Counted from the first letter of the stretch, positions 47,869 to 58,259 are shown. The stretch: 64,000 bases of DNA from an uncultured Spirochaetota bacterium (GCA_963768055.1 CAVYGN010000001.1:96001-160000), one strand, 5' to 3'. Program-made: numbers and translations. Notes: generated by a model from the sequence alone, not told the origin.

Positions 47869-49290
47869 ATGATAGAAAAAAAATTTCTTGTGCCCTTATG
47901 GTTCTGCGCGGTTTTAATTACCGAAGTTTCTTTTTCCGAAACAAGGGTAAATTCCTGGATTACAACAACCTCAGAAAAGCCATGGCGGGTGAACTCTGTT
48001 GGCTTAATCCGGACCGGCAGTCAAGGCGCTTCGGACCTGGAAATCGACGCTTCGGAATCTTACCAGATCATAGATGGTTTCGGGGGCGCATTTAATGAGA
48101 AGGGCTGGGCGGCCTTGTCGGTGCTTTCGGAAAATGAAAGGCAGAACGTGTTAAAAGAGATATTCGATCCTGAAGACGGACTTAAATTCAATATCTGCCG
48201 TGTGCCTATAGGGGCAAGCGACTATGCGATGGACCGTTATACCCTCGATGAATCGAGTAATGATTATGTGATGAGTAATTTTTCAATCGAAAGGGACAAA
48301 AAAATGCTGATCCCTTATATAAAAGCGGCAATGAAGTATAGACCCGATTTACAGCTCTGGGGTTCTGCATGGACTCCTCCTACATGGATGAAGGATAGCG
48401 GGGCCTTTGACGGAGGAGACATGAAGGACAAGCCCGAAATCTACAGGTCTTACGCGCTGTATCTTGCCCGTTTCATCGAGGCTTACAGGGCAGAAGGTCT
48501 TAATATGACCGCTGTATGCGAGCAGAACGAGCCTCTGATAATGACCCACTATCCAAGCTGTTTATGGATGCCCGGCCAGTTCCTAGATTTTATAAAGAAT
48601 TACATGGGCCCTCTCTTTCAGAAAAGAGGCCTGACCAACGCGATCTGGCTTGGGACATTGCAGGATGGAAATTATAAACTTTTTCCCGAGACGGTCCTGA
48701 AGGACCCCGAGGCTAACAGGTATATTTCCGCAGTAGCCCTTCAATGGGGTGGTATAAATTCAGTGGCAAAGATTCGTGAGAATTTCCCCGACAAAAAAAT
48801 TGTTCAAAGTGAAACAGAATGCGGAAATTGGTCCTGGAAGTCGGGTTATAACCCCGATATGCCCCAGAATGACTGGGCTTACGGATCCTACACATGGAGA
48901 AAAATCCGGGGATTTATAAGCCTCGGGGCAAATTCATACATGCTATGGAATATGATACTTGACCAGGAAGGCAAAAATATCGACGAATTAAAACCCTGGC
49001 CCCAGGATGCGGCTGTAGTAATAAACAGCATAAATCATTCGGTAACATACACGCCGATGTTTTATGCAACAAAGCACTTCAGTTACTTTGTCCGGCCGGG
49101 TTCAAAGGTGATAAAAACAAGCGGAAGTTGGGATGAATCTATAGCGTTTCAGAATCAGGACGGTTCAGTAATACTTGAAATATTGAACGATTCTGACAAG
49201 GCAAGGGATTTTCAGATTAAAATAGGCAATTCCATGTTCAAAACCGTTATTCCGGGGAAATCATTTGACACGTTTACAATAAATCTTTAA
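47869..49290 (+). CDS. Secreted glycoside hydrolase family 30
   Basis: GFGGAFNE, CRVPIGASDY, SAWTPPTWMK, QNEP, QSETECG, WNMILD. Confidence 0.9.
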   Translation: MIEKKFLVPLWFCAVLITEVSFSETRVNSWITTTSEKPWRVNSVGLIRTGSQGASDLEIDASESYQIIDGFGGAFNEKGWAALSVLSENERQNVLKEIFDPEDGLKFNICRVPIGASDYAMDRYTLDESSNDYVMSNFSIERDKKMLIPYIKAAMKYRPDLQLWGSAWTPPTWMKDSGAFDGGDMKDKPEIYRSYALYLARFIEAYRAEGLNMTAVCEQNEPLIMTHYPSCLWMPGQFLDFIKNYMGPLFQKRGLTNAIWLGTLQDGNYKLFPETVLKDPEANRYISAVALQWGGINSVAKIRENFPDKKIVQSETECGNWSWKSGYNPDMPQNDWAYGSYTWRKIRGFISLGANSYMLWNMILDQEGKNIDELKPWPQDAAVVINSINHSVTYTPMFYATKHFSYFVRPGSKVIKTSGSWDESIAFQNQDGSVILEILNDSDKARDFQIKIGNSMFKTVIPGKSFDTFTINL

Positions 49291-49325
49291 TTAGCAGGCC
49301 CGGTCGATGTACTGTAGAGGTAAGG

Positions 49326-50081
49326 ATGAAGTCGTACCTTATAATATTATCCTTTTGTTTATTTTATTCCGGCAGGAGCATTTATCCCATTACCATAGAT
49401 GATTTTTTGAATTCGGACATAGGAAGCCGGAGAAACACCCATGAAGGCAACGTTGCGCTCCTTAGCGAGGTCAGCAATGAAATATCCCTTGATTCAAACA
49501 AGTATGAACTTTTCTGGGAATGTTCGGCACTATGGTACACTGAAGGACAGCTTTACGCCACGAACAGGGAATCGAAGAAATACTGTTTTTCCAATGTAAA
49601 AGACAACGCCCTGATAGCCGTCAAATTAAATCCTTCCGGTCCTGAAGGGCATTATTGGCTCGGAGTAGGCTATGGCCTATGGTCCGAGGCTAACGGTATT
49701 CTCGACAGTTTATTCTATGCAGGGGATATATTGAATGAAATGACAGCTGTTATTGAACTGCAGCCGGATTTCTTTCATGGAGAAGCCTGGGCTATTCGCG
49801 CCAAGGTTTATGACTATGCGCCCGGATGGCCGATTTCTATTGGCGACAAGACGAAAGCCTATGAAGATTTGAAAATGGCGATGAAGTATGGGAGTAATTA
49901 CCGTTTCATTCTTCAGACCGATGTTGAAATATTGATGAATGACGGAAAATATAAAGAGGCCCGGGAAGCTGCGGAAAAAGCTCTTACCCTGCCGTACGAC
50001 AGCAGGATACCCAAAGAAGAAGACCAGGGCATAGCGGCGCTCAGTAATTATCTTATTATTATTAATTCGGCATTGAAATAA
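49326..50081 (+). CDS. Exported TPR-like helical protein
   Basis: Signal-like N-terminus; AVKLNPSGPEGHYWLGVGYG, APGWPISIGD. Confidence 0.65.
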   Translation: MKSYLIILSFCLFYSGRSIYPITIDDFLNSDIGSRRNTHEGNVALLSEVSNEISLDSNKYELFWECSALWYTEGQLYATNRESKKYCFSNVKDNALIAVKLNPSGPEGHYWLGVGYGLWSEANGILDSLFYAGDILNEMTAVIELQPDFFHGEAWAIRAKVYDYAPGWPISIGDKTKAYEDLKMAMKYGSNYRFILQTDVEILMNDGKYKEAREAAEKALTLPYDSRIPKEEDQGIAALSNYLIIINSALK

Positions 50082-50160
50082 AGGAAGATTTCTCGTCATA
50101 CTGCCCCTTTAGGGGCTGGGTCCTCGAAATGACATAGCCTCTCCCCACTCACCGAATTTA

Positions 50161-50437
50161 AGACAAAATGCAATTCAATTTGAAGTAATTTTTTTCTGCG
50201 CCTTATGAAGATGGCGTAGAGCCACCGGGCGAAAAACGGATAAAGGAAGGGCTAACCAGAGACTGTTCATTGTAATTAATTTATTCTTATAGATTATAAA
50301 AAATATCTTTAATAAAAAAGCATTCCATCAGCGCTTACATCCGTTTTAAGCCCTTGTGGCTCATACCCTTCGGGCACAGGCACTATCGAATCTAGCGCGG
50401 AAAAAAATTACTTCAAAGATAAAACCGCATATTGTCT
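50161..50437. repeat. About 277-bp foldback MITE-like element, copy 2
   Basis: Closely similar to 27011-27268, with an extra CCCTTCGGG-containing insert at about 50364-50382. Confidence 0.85.
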
Positions 50438-51584
50438 AATCGGCTCCAGCCAGGTATCCCTTCATCACGGCAAGTAATTTTTTTTCTTTTTCAGCTACAG
50501 CGCCGGCTAAAACCCTCGCTTTTCTATACATAATCTTCCTTTCGTCGATATTTTTAAATTCCTTTACATTGACTGAGATTTTCAAGCATTCCTGAGAAAA
50601 ATCCTGCCAGGATAAGGCTGAATCCCCCAGCTCAGCTATAATGGGGTTTAAATTCCTGTCATAGGTATGTATGAAAGCTTCCCTTAGAAAATTCCTGAAA
50701 AATATTCTAAAGGCAAAACCGTCATTATCTTTGAGAGCTATATCATGGTATATATTATTGAAGACTATTTGAAGAAAGCCGTAAAACCTCACCCTTTTTT
50801 CAAAATCGAAAATATCAGCCGGAAGTTTTATCAGGGCCGATATACCATTTCCTTTTTGAGGACTTTCCATGTTCCGGATTGATTCCGAAAGAGCTGTCTT
50901 TACGGCCTGTTTCCAGTTGTAAAGATAGGACGGGTCTTTTTTTCCGATCCAGTAATAAGAACGCTGCGGAGGGAATATCTTTAACCGGGAAGAACGCGCC
51001 ATATCAAGGTCTTCTATACTGATTTCTTTAAGCTCTTTGTAAGGAGAATCTGCGACCCAGGCAAGATCGCTATATGTATCGATCCCGAGAATAGTCACAT
51101 AATGCCTGCCGTCGGAAGCAAAAGCCGGCCCCTCTTTTCCGTCGAAACGGTAAGACAGATACCGTGTATCGACCCTGAGCGCCACGGGTATCCCGGATGA
51201 AAGCAATTTTTTAACACCCTCCCAGGACGACCTTGGGTCCGGAGGGACTACTTCATGAAAGGCTATCCCGGCCCCTGTGAGGAATGTTTTATGCATATCG
51301 GGATAATTGCAGTCTATTATAGGAAACTCACCCTCCTGTATAGAGAAACCGATGCCGGAAGCGCCTATAATGTCCCTTTCATTTATTGAATATCCCGAAT
51401 AAGACATCAGGTTAAGCAAGGCCCCGCTCTCGCTGTTAATGCTTTTTATGATGACGGCGTTAGTAATGAGGTATTTTTCATAATTAATTTTGCCATTGCC
51501 GGTATCGAGCCAGGGTGATGAACAACTGCAGGCTGTTAATAAAATTAAAAAAAATGGCCATCCCGTTTTCATATATTTGCGCAC
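50436..51584 (-). CDS. BtrH N-terminal/DUF4872-like lipoprotein (papain-like fold)
   Basis: Lipobox LTAC; GIPVALRVDTRYLSY, RHYVTILGID, FRIFFRNFLREA. Confidence 0.7.
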   Translation of the reverse strand: MRKYMKTGWPFFLILLTACSCSSPWLDTGNGKINYEKYLITNAVIIKSINSESGALLNLMSYSGYSINERDIIGASGIGFSIQEGEFPIIDCNYPDMHKTFLTGAGIAFHEVVPPDPRSSWEGVKKLLSSGIPVALRVDTRYLSYRFDGKEGPAFASDGRHYVTILGIDTYSDLAWVADSPYKELKEISIEDLDMARSSRLKIFPPQRSYYWIGKKDPSYLYNWKQAVKTALSESIRNMESPQKGNGISALIKLPADIFDFEKRVRFYGFLQIVFNNIYHDIALKDNDGFAFRIFFRNFLREAFIHTYDRNLNPIIAELGDSALSWQDFSQECLKISVNVKEFKNIDERKIMYRKARVLAGAVAEKEKKLLAVMKGYLAGAD

Positions 51585-52195
51585 CAGAATGCCGCATTGG
51601 TAATAATTCTTTTAAAGAATGGATTTTGCATCTGGCCGGGCCCATGTCCGAGCGCTGTATAAAAAACCCTTCCCAAACCATAAGGCTTGGCCCAGGCCAG
51701 GGGCCTGCTGAAGCCCTTGTATTCCGTTTCTAACATGGTTTCGAAGGGGGGATATGTCTCCATTAAATATAATTCGTCGGTTATTTCAAAATCGGCTATT
51801 TCTTTCATCACCGGATGATCCGGTTTGCTGACATGCACGGTAAATGGTTCGCCTATGGGAGGGTGGGTAAGGAATCTGCCTCCAATCATTTTTAGATAAT
51901 CGGTTTTATTGAGGAAACTTGCACAAGCTCCATGAACTCCGATAAACCCGATGCCCCTTATTACGGCCTGCAAAAGACCTTCAGCCTGCCTGCCGGTCAT
52001 GACCGGGTTAAGAGAACAGCATAATATTACATTAAAAGGCCGGATTTTTTCAGCGTGAAAAAAGCTGACGTCTTCTGTAAGGGTTACATTAAAACCTGAC
52101 TCTGTTAATAATTGCTTGTATAAAGGCCCGATAATTGAAAATTCATGGTAACGGAGTCTGTCCCCGCCAATGACAAGAATTTTAGGTTCTTCCAT
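51569..52195 (-). CDS. ThuA-domain protein
   Basis: GFIGVHGA, DELY, PLAWAKPYGLGRVFYTALGH. Confidence 0.85.
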   Translation of the reverse strand: MEEPKILVIGGDRLRYHEFSIIGPLYKQLLTESGFNVTLTEDVSFFHAEKIRPFNVILCCSLNPVMTGRQAEGLLQAVIRGIGFIGVHGACASFLNKTDYLKMIGGRFLTHPPIGEPFTVHVSKPDHPVMKEIADFEITDELYLMETYPPFETMLETEYKGFSRPLAWAKPYGLGRVFYTALGHGPGQMQNPFFKRIITNAAFWCANI

Positions 52196-52204
52196 AATAA
52201 CTCA

Positions 52205-52936
52205 TTACCAGTAGAGGGGTTTTCCATTAGAATCTATATAAACAGGATCATCATTATTCCATTTCCTGTTCGCCAGGAATGTTATATTTTTTGCCGCTTC
52301 TTCCGGATATATGTCGGCTTCAACTCCGCCCATATCTGTTTTCATCCATCCCGGATGGACTGCTAAAACTTTTATATCGAATTCCGAGAGCCTGTTCTGG
52401 AGAATTTTCGACTGCATATTCAGGGCCGCTTTCGACATGCAGTATCCGAACTCGTCTTTCCTGTAACTTTGCGATATGCTGCCTGCTTCCGAAGAAATAT
52501 TAATCACAATCTTTCCGGCTCCTTTTTTTAAAAAGGGAAGAAAATGTTTGACTACGAGCAGAGGTCCATATGTATTGACTGAAATATTATTCATTATCGT
52601 TTCAAGGCTCACATCGGCCAGATCGGCAATATGCTTCCATTTGTGAGCTGAAGGTTCCGGGTGAATCCCGGCATTGTTTATAAGGATGTCTATATGTCCG
52701 GTTATTTTTTTAAGCTCCTCTGAAGCTTTTATTACAGACGACTCGACTGAAACATCCGTTATTAATTCAAAGGTCTTTTTCTGATGAATCAGTGCAAGGT
52801 TATTAAATTCTTCACTTTTTGACTTATTCAAGGCTATTACAATTGCTTTTTGTTCAAGAAAAGATTTTGCAAGCCAGAACCCGAGTCCACGGCTGGCGCC
52901 TGTTATCAGCACGGTTCCAGGCATAACTTGCTCCAT
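52205..52936 (-). CDS. Short-chain dehydrogenase/reductase (CsgA-like)
   Basis: TGASRGLG, NNAG, YCMSK, HPGWMKTDMGG. Confidence 0.9.
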   Translation of the reverse strand: MEQVMPGTVLITGASRGLGFWLAKSFLEQKAIVIALNKSKSEEFNNLALIHQKKTFELITDVSVESSVIKASEELKKITGHIDILINNAGIHPEPSAHKWKHIADLADVSLETIMNNISVNTYGPLLVVKHFLPFLKKGAGKIVINISSEAGSISQSYRKDEFGYCMSKAALNMQSKILQNRLSEFDIKVLAVHPGWMKTDMGGVEADIYPEEAAKNITFLANRKWNNDDPVYIDSNGKPLYW

Positions 52937-52941
52937 AAATA

Positions 52942-54624
52942 TCAATATTCGAATATATCCCATTCGCCGGGAATTAAATTAAAGCTATAGCCGAAGACGC
53001 CCTCGTTTTGGACGCCTCCAATTTTTCTGCCGTCTTTCATGCTTGCGATTTCACCTCCCGAACCGGGAATGTAAATCCGCATTTCGGATGGATGATCGAG
53101 TTGGGAATGAACCGCGGCCTTGTTATTATCATATAAGAAAATGCTGACACCGGGATCGGAATCGACCCACGCAAGATCCCTGCAGATCTCCCTCCTGATA
53201 ACATTCCAGACATCGGCCGGAATAAGATACAGATCGGAATAGTGATCGGGAATGTTCAATAAAACAAGTTCTCCGCCGCCATAATGCTGTTTAAGAAGGA
53301 CGGCTCCTGTATTCTCTCCGCTGCCGCCTGCCAATAAGGGGCTCATGTCGGTCGTAGGCCATTCGATGAATGGAAAACTGACAGGAGTCTTATTAGTAAA
53401 ATAATCTTTATAAGAACAAATATTAGGATACGCGGAATATCTTTCCATACTTATTTTTCTATCGCTGATCCAGAACGACGCGAGTAATTTTTGTTTTAAT
53501 GGATCGATAGATTTCCAGAACCCCGATGTGATTATAACCCGCGATGAAGCTGCAAGGCTTAATATAATTTTATCGATTATATCGGGGTCATACGCCGCTG
53601 ATTGCGTCAGCAGAATATCTTTTGAAAAGGACGGATAGTCGGTGTAAGGCTCAAGGGGTATCGAGCACATTCCAAGATAATTATGAAGATAGTCCTCTCC
53701 CCGCGAATGATAGGGTTTATAGCAGGCTATGCCCCGGGGAGAGCCGAGCTTTTTAAGAAGGGGGTCAAGCCTGTCGAACAAGTGGCTGATAACCGGTATA
53801 TGGACTGTGCCTTTTATCAAATGGAAGCAGAACAGGGTGATCTCTCCGGATTTGGCAAGGAGGGAATATAAACCCTGGGCGCTGAAATCGAGCGGATTAT
53901 AGCAATCGAAATTGTCAAACCATGCCCCCCTGTTCTTGCCCTTGCCGACATTGTCAATATACCTGTATAAAAAATAACCAAGATACCGGGGAAGGTTTTG
54001 CTGGGTCATAGCCGAATCTCTGGTTTCCGTTCCGGTATATATCGCGTCGAAGATGCCCGGCTCGTCCTTAAGATTATAGCCGGTATATTGATAATGTTCG
54101 TACCAGTTGGGAAATTTAATGACCATCGATACATTGGGATTTGCCTCTCTGGCGGTCTTCATGACCAGCGTTTCCGAAACTTCCGCCAGACGCTTTATCC
54201 TGAATTCATCCCATGAGTCGTTTCCCTTAGCCTCGATGCATGAAGAACAGCGGCATTCGGTAAAAAAGAAATCGTCAAGGATCACTTCATCGAAATTTTC
54301 CGCCGCGAACCTGACAGCCTGTTCAAGAATATCAAGATCTTCACTGCGTGTATAGCAAAAAAGTTTCCAGCGTTCCAATGGCCTGTTTGTTGTGGTAATT
54401 CCGCCTGAAATGGATATGCCCTTTTTTGAAAAAAAACTTTTTAATTTATCGATATCGGATAATTCAGCGTTTATCCCGCCCCTGAAAGTTTCAAGATAAA
54501 CCTTGCCGGTCTTCAGGTGCTTTTCAAAGTACGCCCATTCTTTTTCGATATCTTCACTGCGGGCCAATGCAATAACATCGCCGACAGTGAAATAAACAGC
54601 CAGTCTGAAATTCTCGTAAGACAC
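52942..54624 (-). CDS. Conserved hypothetical protein, possible glycoside hydrolase-like barrel
   Basis: 560-aa ORF in sugar cluster; ILDDFFFTECRCSSC, KFPNWYEHY, YTGTETRD motifs. Confidence 0.55.
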   Translation of the reverse strand: MSYENFRLAVYFTVGDVIALARSEDIEKEWAYFEKHLKTGKVYLETFRGGINAELSDIDKLKSFFSKKGISISGGITTTNRPLERWKLFCYTRSEDLDILEQAVRFAAENFDEVILDDFFFTECRCSSCIEAKGNDSWDEFRIKRLAEVSETLVMKTAREANPNVSMVIKFPNWYEHYQYTGYNLKDEPGIFDAIYTGTETRDSAMTQQNLPRYLGYFLYRYIDNVGKGKNRGAWFDNFDCYNPLDFSAQGLYSLLAKSGEITLFCFHLIKGTVHIPVISHLFDRLDPLLKKLGSPRGIACYKPYHSRGEDYLHNYLGMCSIPLEPYTDYPSFSKDILLTQSAAYDPDIIDKIILSLAASSRVIITSGFWKSIDPLKQKLLASFWISDRKISMERYSAYPNICSYKDYFTNKTPVSFPFIEWPTTDMSPLLAGGSGENTGAVLLKQHYGGGELVLLNIPDHYSDLYLIPADVWNVIRREICRDLAWVDSDPGVSIFLYDNNKAAVHSQLDHPSEMRIYIPGSGGEIASMKDGRKIGGVQNEGVFGYSFNLIPGEWDIFEY

Positions 54625-54698
54625 TAATCCCCCTTTGTAATGGACGGTGTCATGTTTAAGTTATTTGAATATTGATTAAAGCTTTTCGCGATATGGAG

Positions 54699-55640
54699 TT
54701 ACCCCTTGATACCGCCGGACAATCCTTCAATGAAATACCTCTGGAATATAAGGAAGATGACCACAGGTATAAGAGTGAACATGAAACCGATTGCCATAAT
54801 AGCGTCGGGGACCCTTTCCACATTGTTGGCTTTCAAGGCGCTTATCGCTATAGGTATCGTGTAAAGGTTGTTATTGTCTAGCATTATTATGGGAATCAGG
54901 AAATCGTTCCAGATATACCTGAACTGGTAAATCGAAAGAGCCGCCAGCGCCGGAACGGAAAGAGGGATAATGATATTCCACCAGATCTTTATATGGCTCG
55001 CTCCGTCGATTACCGCCGATTCTATAAAAGAATAGGGAAGCTTTATGTAGTACTGCCTCATAAGGAAGACCCCGATTGCGGAAACAGCCGCGGGAATTAT
55101 AAGACCCAGGAGATTATTCCTCAGGTGGAGGGAGATCATTAACTTATAATACGGTGAAAGCATTGTTACTGTCGGGAGCATGAAGCTCAGCAGTATGAAA
55201 TAAAATAAAGCATTCTTAAACGGAAATTTCAGGAAAGCGAAGGCATAAGCGCAGAGGGAAGTTAGCAGCAAAGTCAGAGCCGTACCGCAGGTAGTCACTA
55301 TTATGGAATTCAGGAAACACCTTCCGACGTTTATACCATGTACGCCCGCAAAAGCCTTGATTATATTCGCAAAAGTATAACTTCCCATATGCGGCCAGCC
55401 TGCGCTGAAATCAATAAACCTGGGGGGTATGTTGAACATTTCGACTTTCGGGCGGAATGTGCTGTCAGCCATCCAGAGCAGGGGATATAAAAAAATCACC
55501 GCAAACATACATAGAAAAATCAACCCTATGAGCTGTCCCACTGTAAATTTTATATGCTTTTTTTTAGATAGTTTAATAGCCCTCGCAAGTGAAACTTCTA
55601 CAGTTTTATTAACCGCGGTTTTATCAGAAATTGTAGCCAT
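54699..55640 (-). CDS. Carbohydrate ABC transporter permease (MalG-type)
   Basis: ESAVIDGAS EAA loop, WNDFL, FQRYFIEG. Confidence 0.92.
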   Translation of the reverse strand: MATISDKTAVNKTVEVSLARAIKLSKKKHIKFTVGQLIGLIFLCMFAVIFLYPLLWMADSTFRPKVEMFNIPPRFIDFSAGWPHMGSYTFANIIKAFAGVHGINVGRCFLNSIIVTTCGTALTLLLTSLCAYAFAFLKFPFKNALFYFILLSFMLPTVTMLSPYYKLMISLHLRNNLLGLIIPAAVSAIGVFLMRQYYIKLPYSFIESAVIDGASHIKIWWNIIIPLSVPALAALSIYQFRYIWNDFLIPIIMLDNNNLYTIPIAISALKANNVERVPDAIMAIGFMFTLIPVVIFLIFQRYFIEGLSGGIKG

Positions 55641-55643
55641 AAT

Positions 55644-56642
55644 TTATTCCTCCTTTGCCGAACCGAGGCCCAGCACCCTTATCTGTATTACATTTATGAC
55701 CGCGATGATGAAGAAAACAAACCAGCCTGCTGCAGCGGCCATGCCGATCTTTGACGGGGATACGTCGAAAGCGTAATAGTAAATATACGGCATGAAAAGC
55801 TTGGCATGATCGCCCGTCGCGAAAATACCCACGCTTGTTTCAAACAGTATGAATATCACGTCGAATACAAGGAAACCTCCTACGAGAGAAGTAATTGTAA
55901 CGAATGCCACCGCCGGCCTCATGAGGGGCAGGGTGACCCTGGTGAGCACTTGAAAGGATGAAGCGCCGTCGATTTTCGCAGCTTCATAAAGATTGGGATC
56001 TATGGTCTGCAACTGTGATACAAAATAAACCATGTGAAAACCCGTCCACTGCCAGAAACATACAACTACGAGCATCAGGATAGCAAGATCACCATTGTGG
56101 AGCCAGTCGACAGGTATCACCAGTTTTGTATCGGGATTGATCTTAAGCATTCCGAGAAGGCCCAGGATCCAGTTTATAGTTCCCTGGTCGGGGTTAAAGA
56201 GTTGAGCGAAAAGCCATGCTACAATAACCGTGTTTAATATACAGGGAATAAAAAAGGCGGTCCTTAACCCAGCCTGCAGCTTTTTAAATGGCAGGTTGTT
56301 GAGAACAAAGGCAAGAACGAACGCAACCGGCACCTGGGTAAGCAGGCAGCCGATTTCGAATTCGAAGGTGTAAAGAGCGGCCCTGTAAAACTCGCTTCCT
56401 GTAGTCAACTGGGTCCAGAGCTGTGCGAAATTGTCAAATCCGATGAATTTAGCTGGATTCATGCCGGATGCATCGGTTAAAGAGAGGTAAAAACCGGAAA
56501 TAAAGACATAAAGCTGAAATAATATAACACCGATTAAAAACGGAGCAATGAATATATAGCCGCTTAAACCTTCGCGGAAGCCTTTCCTTAAAAAAACACT
56601 TTCCTTTTTCCGCGCGACATTCCCTACCAAAGTATTCGCCAT
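55644..56642 (-). CDS. Carbohydrate ABC transporter permease (MalF-type)
   Basis: YEAAKIDGAS EAA loop; FIGFDNF. Confidence 0.92.
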   Translation of the reverse strand: MANTLVGNVARKKESVFLRKGFREGLSGYIFIAPFLIGVILFQLYVFISGFYLSLTDASGMNPAKFIGFDNFAQLWTQLTTGSEFYRAALYTFEFEIGCLLTQVPVAFVLAFVLNNLPFKKLQAGLRTAFFIPCILNTVIVAWLFAQLFNPDQGTINWILGLLGMLKINPDTKLVIPVDWLHNGDLAILMLVVVCFWQWTGFHMVYFVSQLQTIDPNLYEAAKIDGASSFQVLTRVTLPLMRPAVAFVTITSLVGGFLVFDVIFILFETSVGIFATGDHAKLFMPYIYYYAFDVSPSKIGMAAAAGWFVFFIIAVINVIQIRVLGLGSAKEE

Positions 56643-56669
56643 CTGATTCTCCTAAACTTTATTATAGAA

Positions 56670-56698
56670 TAAGGAAGGCGGATAAACCGCCTTCCTTA
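56670..56698 (-). terminator. Intergenic stem-loop after the solute-binding protein gene (terminator/mRNA stabiliser)
   Basis: TAAGGAAGGCGG/CCGCCTTCCTTA 12-bp stem. Confidence 0.7.
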
Positions 56699-56724
56699 AT
56701 AAGATTAAATGAAACGGGCTTAAC

Positions 56725-57990
56725 TTACTTCATCAATTTAAGAGCATCTTCTTCAGCAGCTTTACAGCCATCTTCAACAGATACTTTACCAGTCATTATG
56801 TCGCCATAAGACTTGTTGAAGGAGTTGATTGTTTCCCAGAAAATATCACCGGTTGTGATATTAGGAAGCTCTTTAGCCATTTCAATCTGAAGCTGAGCAA
56901 GTTTCATTCCGCCGAAGCGTTTGTCAGGCTGATCGAAAGAAGGATCTCCCCAGATGCTCGCAAACGGGGGAAGAATTCCTGAATTGGGATAACGCTTTAA
57001 GAGAGAGTCTTTGTTATACTGCATGTTTTCCATGATAGCGTAAATCCCTGCAACATCTTTGTTACCCTTGGGGATAGCAAGGAAAGATCCGCCCCAAGAA
57101 CTTGTTCTAACTTTGCTGCCATCATAAAGGGGAAGGGGTCTAGCCATGAATTTAACGCCCGCAGCAGCGGCATCGTTAACCTGGGGAACCCACCAGTCGG
57201 GTGAAGTGTAGGAAGCAAGTGTTCCGGCCTTTAAGAGAGAACCGAAATTGCCCCAATCCCATGCTGTGAAAGCGCCGGTATCATACTGCTTTTTCCACCA
57301 TTTTACGAAAGCGACAAAAGGCTTGGAATCGAGAATAGGTTTGCCATTCTTGTCAAGGATCTGAGCGCCTGTCTGCTGCCAGATCATCCACATCATGTCG
57401 CCGAGACCGCCGTTACCTGAAGGAAGAGCAAAATGGGTAGGTTTGCCGTCTTTCTCTTCATATTTGATAAGCTTAACAGCGTCTTTGAAGAATTCATCCC
57501 ATGTTTTGATCTTTGCAACGTTAACGCCGGCTTTTGACCAGAGATCGTTGTTCCAGATCAGAAGAACAGGATGTACATCATGGGGTAATCCATAAACATG
57601 ACCACCGACTGTTGTCCATGATATGCGGCCTTTTGTTACGAAAGGAATGACCTTAGATACGGAAGTATAAGCGGTAAGGTCTTCGACAGAAGCGTTCTTC
57701 GGATCGGCTGCGAAAACTCTGTTGTTTTCAATCAACCATTCGATGATGTCCGGAACACCCTGTCCGCTCATCATAACGGACTGCAGTTTCTGAACATAAG
57801 CATCCTGGGGAACGAGAGTAAGGTCCAGAGTAATACCGAGTCTCTTCTCGATATCAGGCTTCTGGTTCGACCAGTCAGCTAAGTTGTTCGGTGCAAAACA
57901 CCACATGGTTACGTTTCTTGGAGCCGCGAACGAAACTTGGAAAAGAGCGGCAACAAGAGCGAGTACTAAAAGGGCTGATAACTTGCGCAT
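56725..57990 (-). CDS. Sugar ABC transporter solute-binding protein
   Basis: Signal peptide; GVPDI, VYGLPHD, TWDEF, WGGSFLAIPK. Confidence 0.9.
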   Translation of the reverse strand: MRKLSALLVLALVAALFQVSFAAPRNVTMWCFAPNNLADWSNQKPDIEKRLGITLDLTLVPQDAYVQKLQSVMMSGQGVPDIIEWLIENNRVFAADPKNASVEDLTAYTSVSKVIPFVTKGRISWTTVGGHVYGLPHDVHPVLLIWNNDLWSKAGVNVAKIKTWDEFFKDAVKLIKYEEKDGKPTHFALPSGNGGLGDMMWMIWQQTGAQILDKNGKPILDSKPFVAFVKWWKKQYDTGAFTAWDWGNFGSLLKAGTLASYTSPDWWVPQVNDAAAAGVKFMARPLPLYDGSKVRTSSWGGSFLAIPKGNKDVAGIYAIMENMQYNKDSLLKRYPNSGILPPFASIWGDPSFDQPDKRFGGMKLAQLQIEMAKELPNITTGDIFWETINSFNKSYGDIMTGKVSVEDGCKAAEEDALKLMK

Positions 57991-58074
57991 ACTTTCCTCC
58001 TATAAAAATTTTATTATTCATACGCTTACAAACAAACATTCTCATCTTAGAGGAAACAACAAGATTTGATATCT

Positions 58075-58103
58075 ATTCTAACTCAACTTTTTAAACTTGT
58101 CAA
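58075..58103 (-). promoter_or_regulatory. Sigma-70-type promoter of the ABC operon
   Basis: Minus strand TTGACA-17nt-TAGAAT. Confidence 0.7.
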
Positions 58104-58259
58104 CACTAAGTCATGATTTTCGGCCTGTTTTTTCCAACCCGATCATTGTTAATCAAACAATGTCCTTGAAAAAACGTAAGGGAGAAATCCGTCGCAATTA
58201 CCTTAATATACTGTGCAAATATTTAAAAAGTTACAAGGGGCATGATTTTTTACAGGAAA

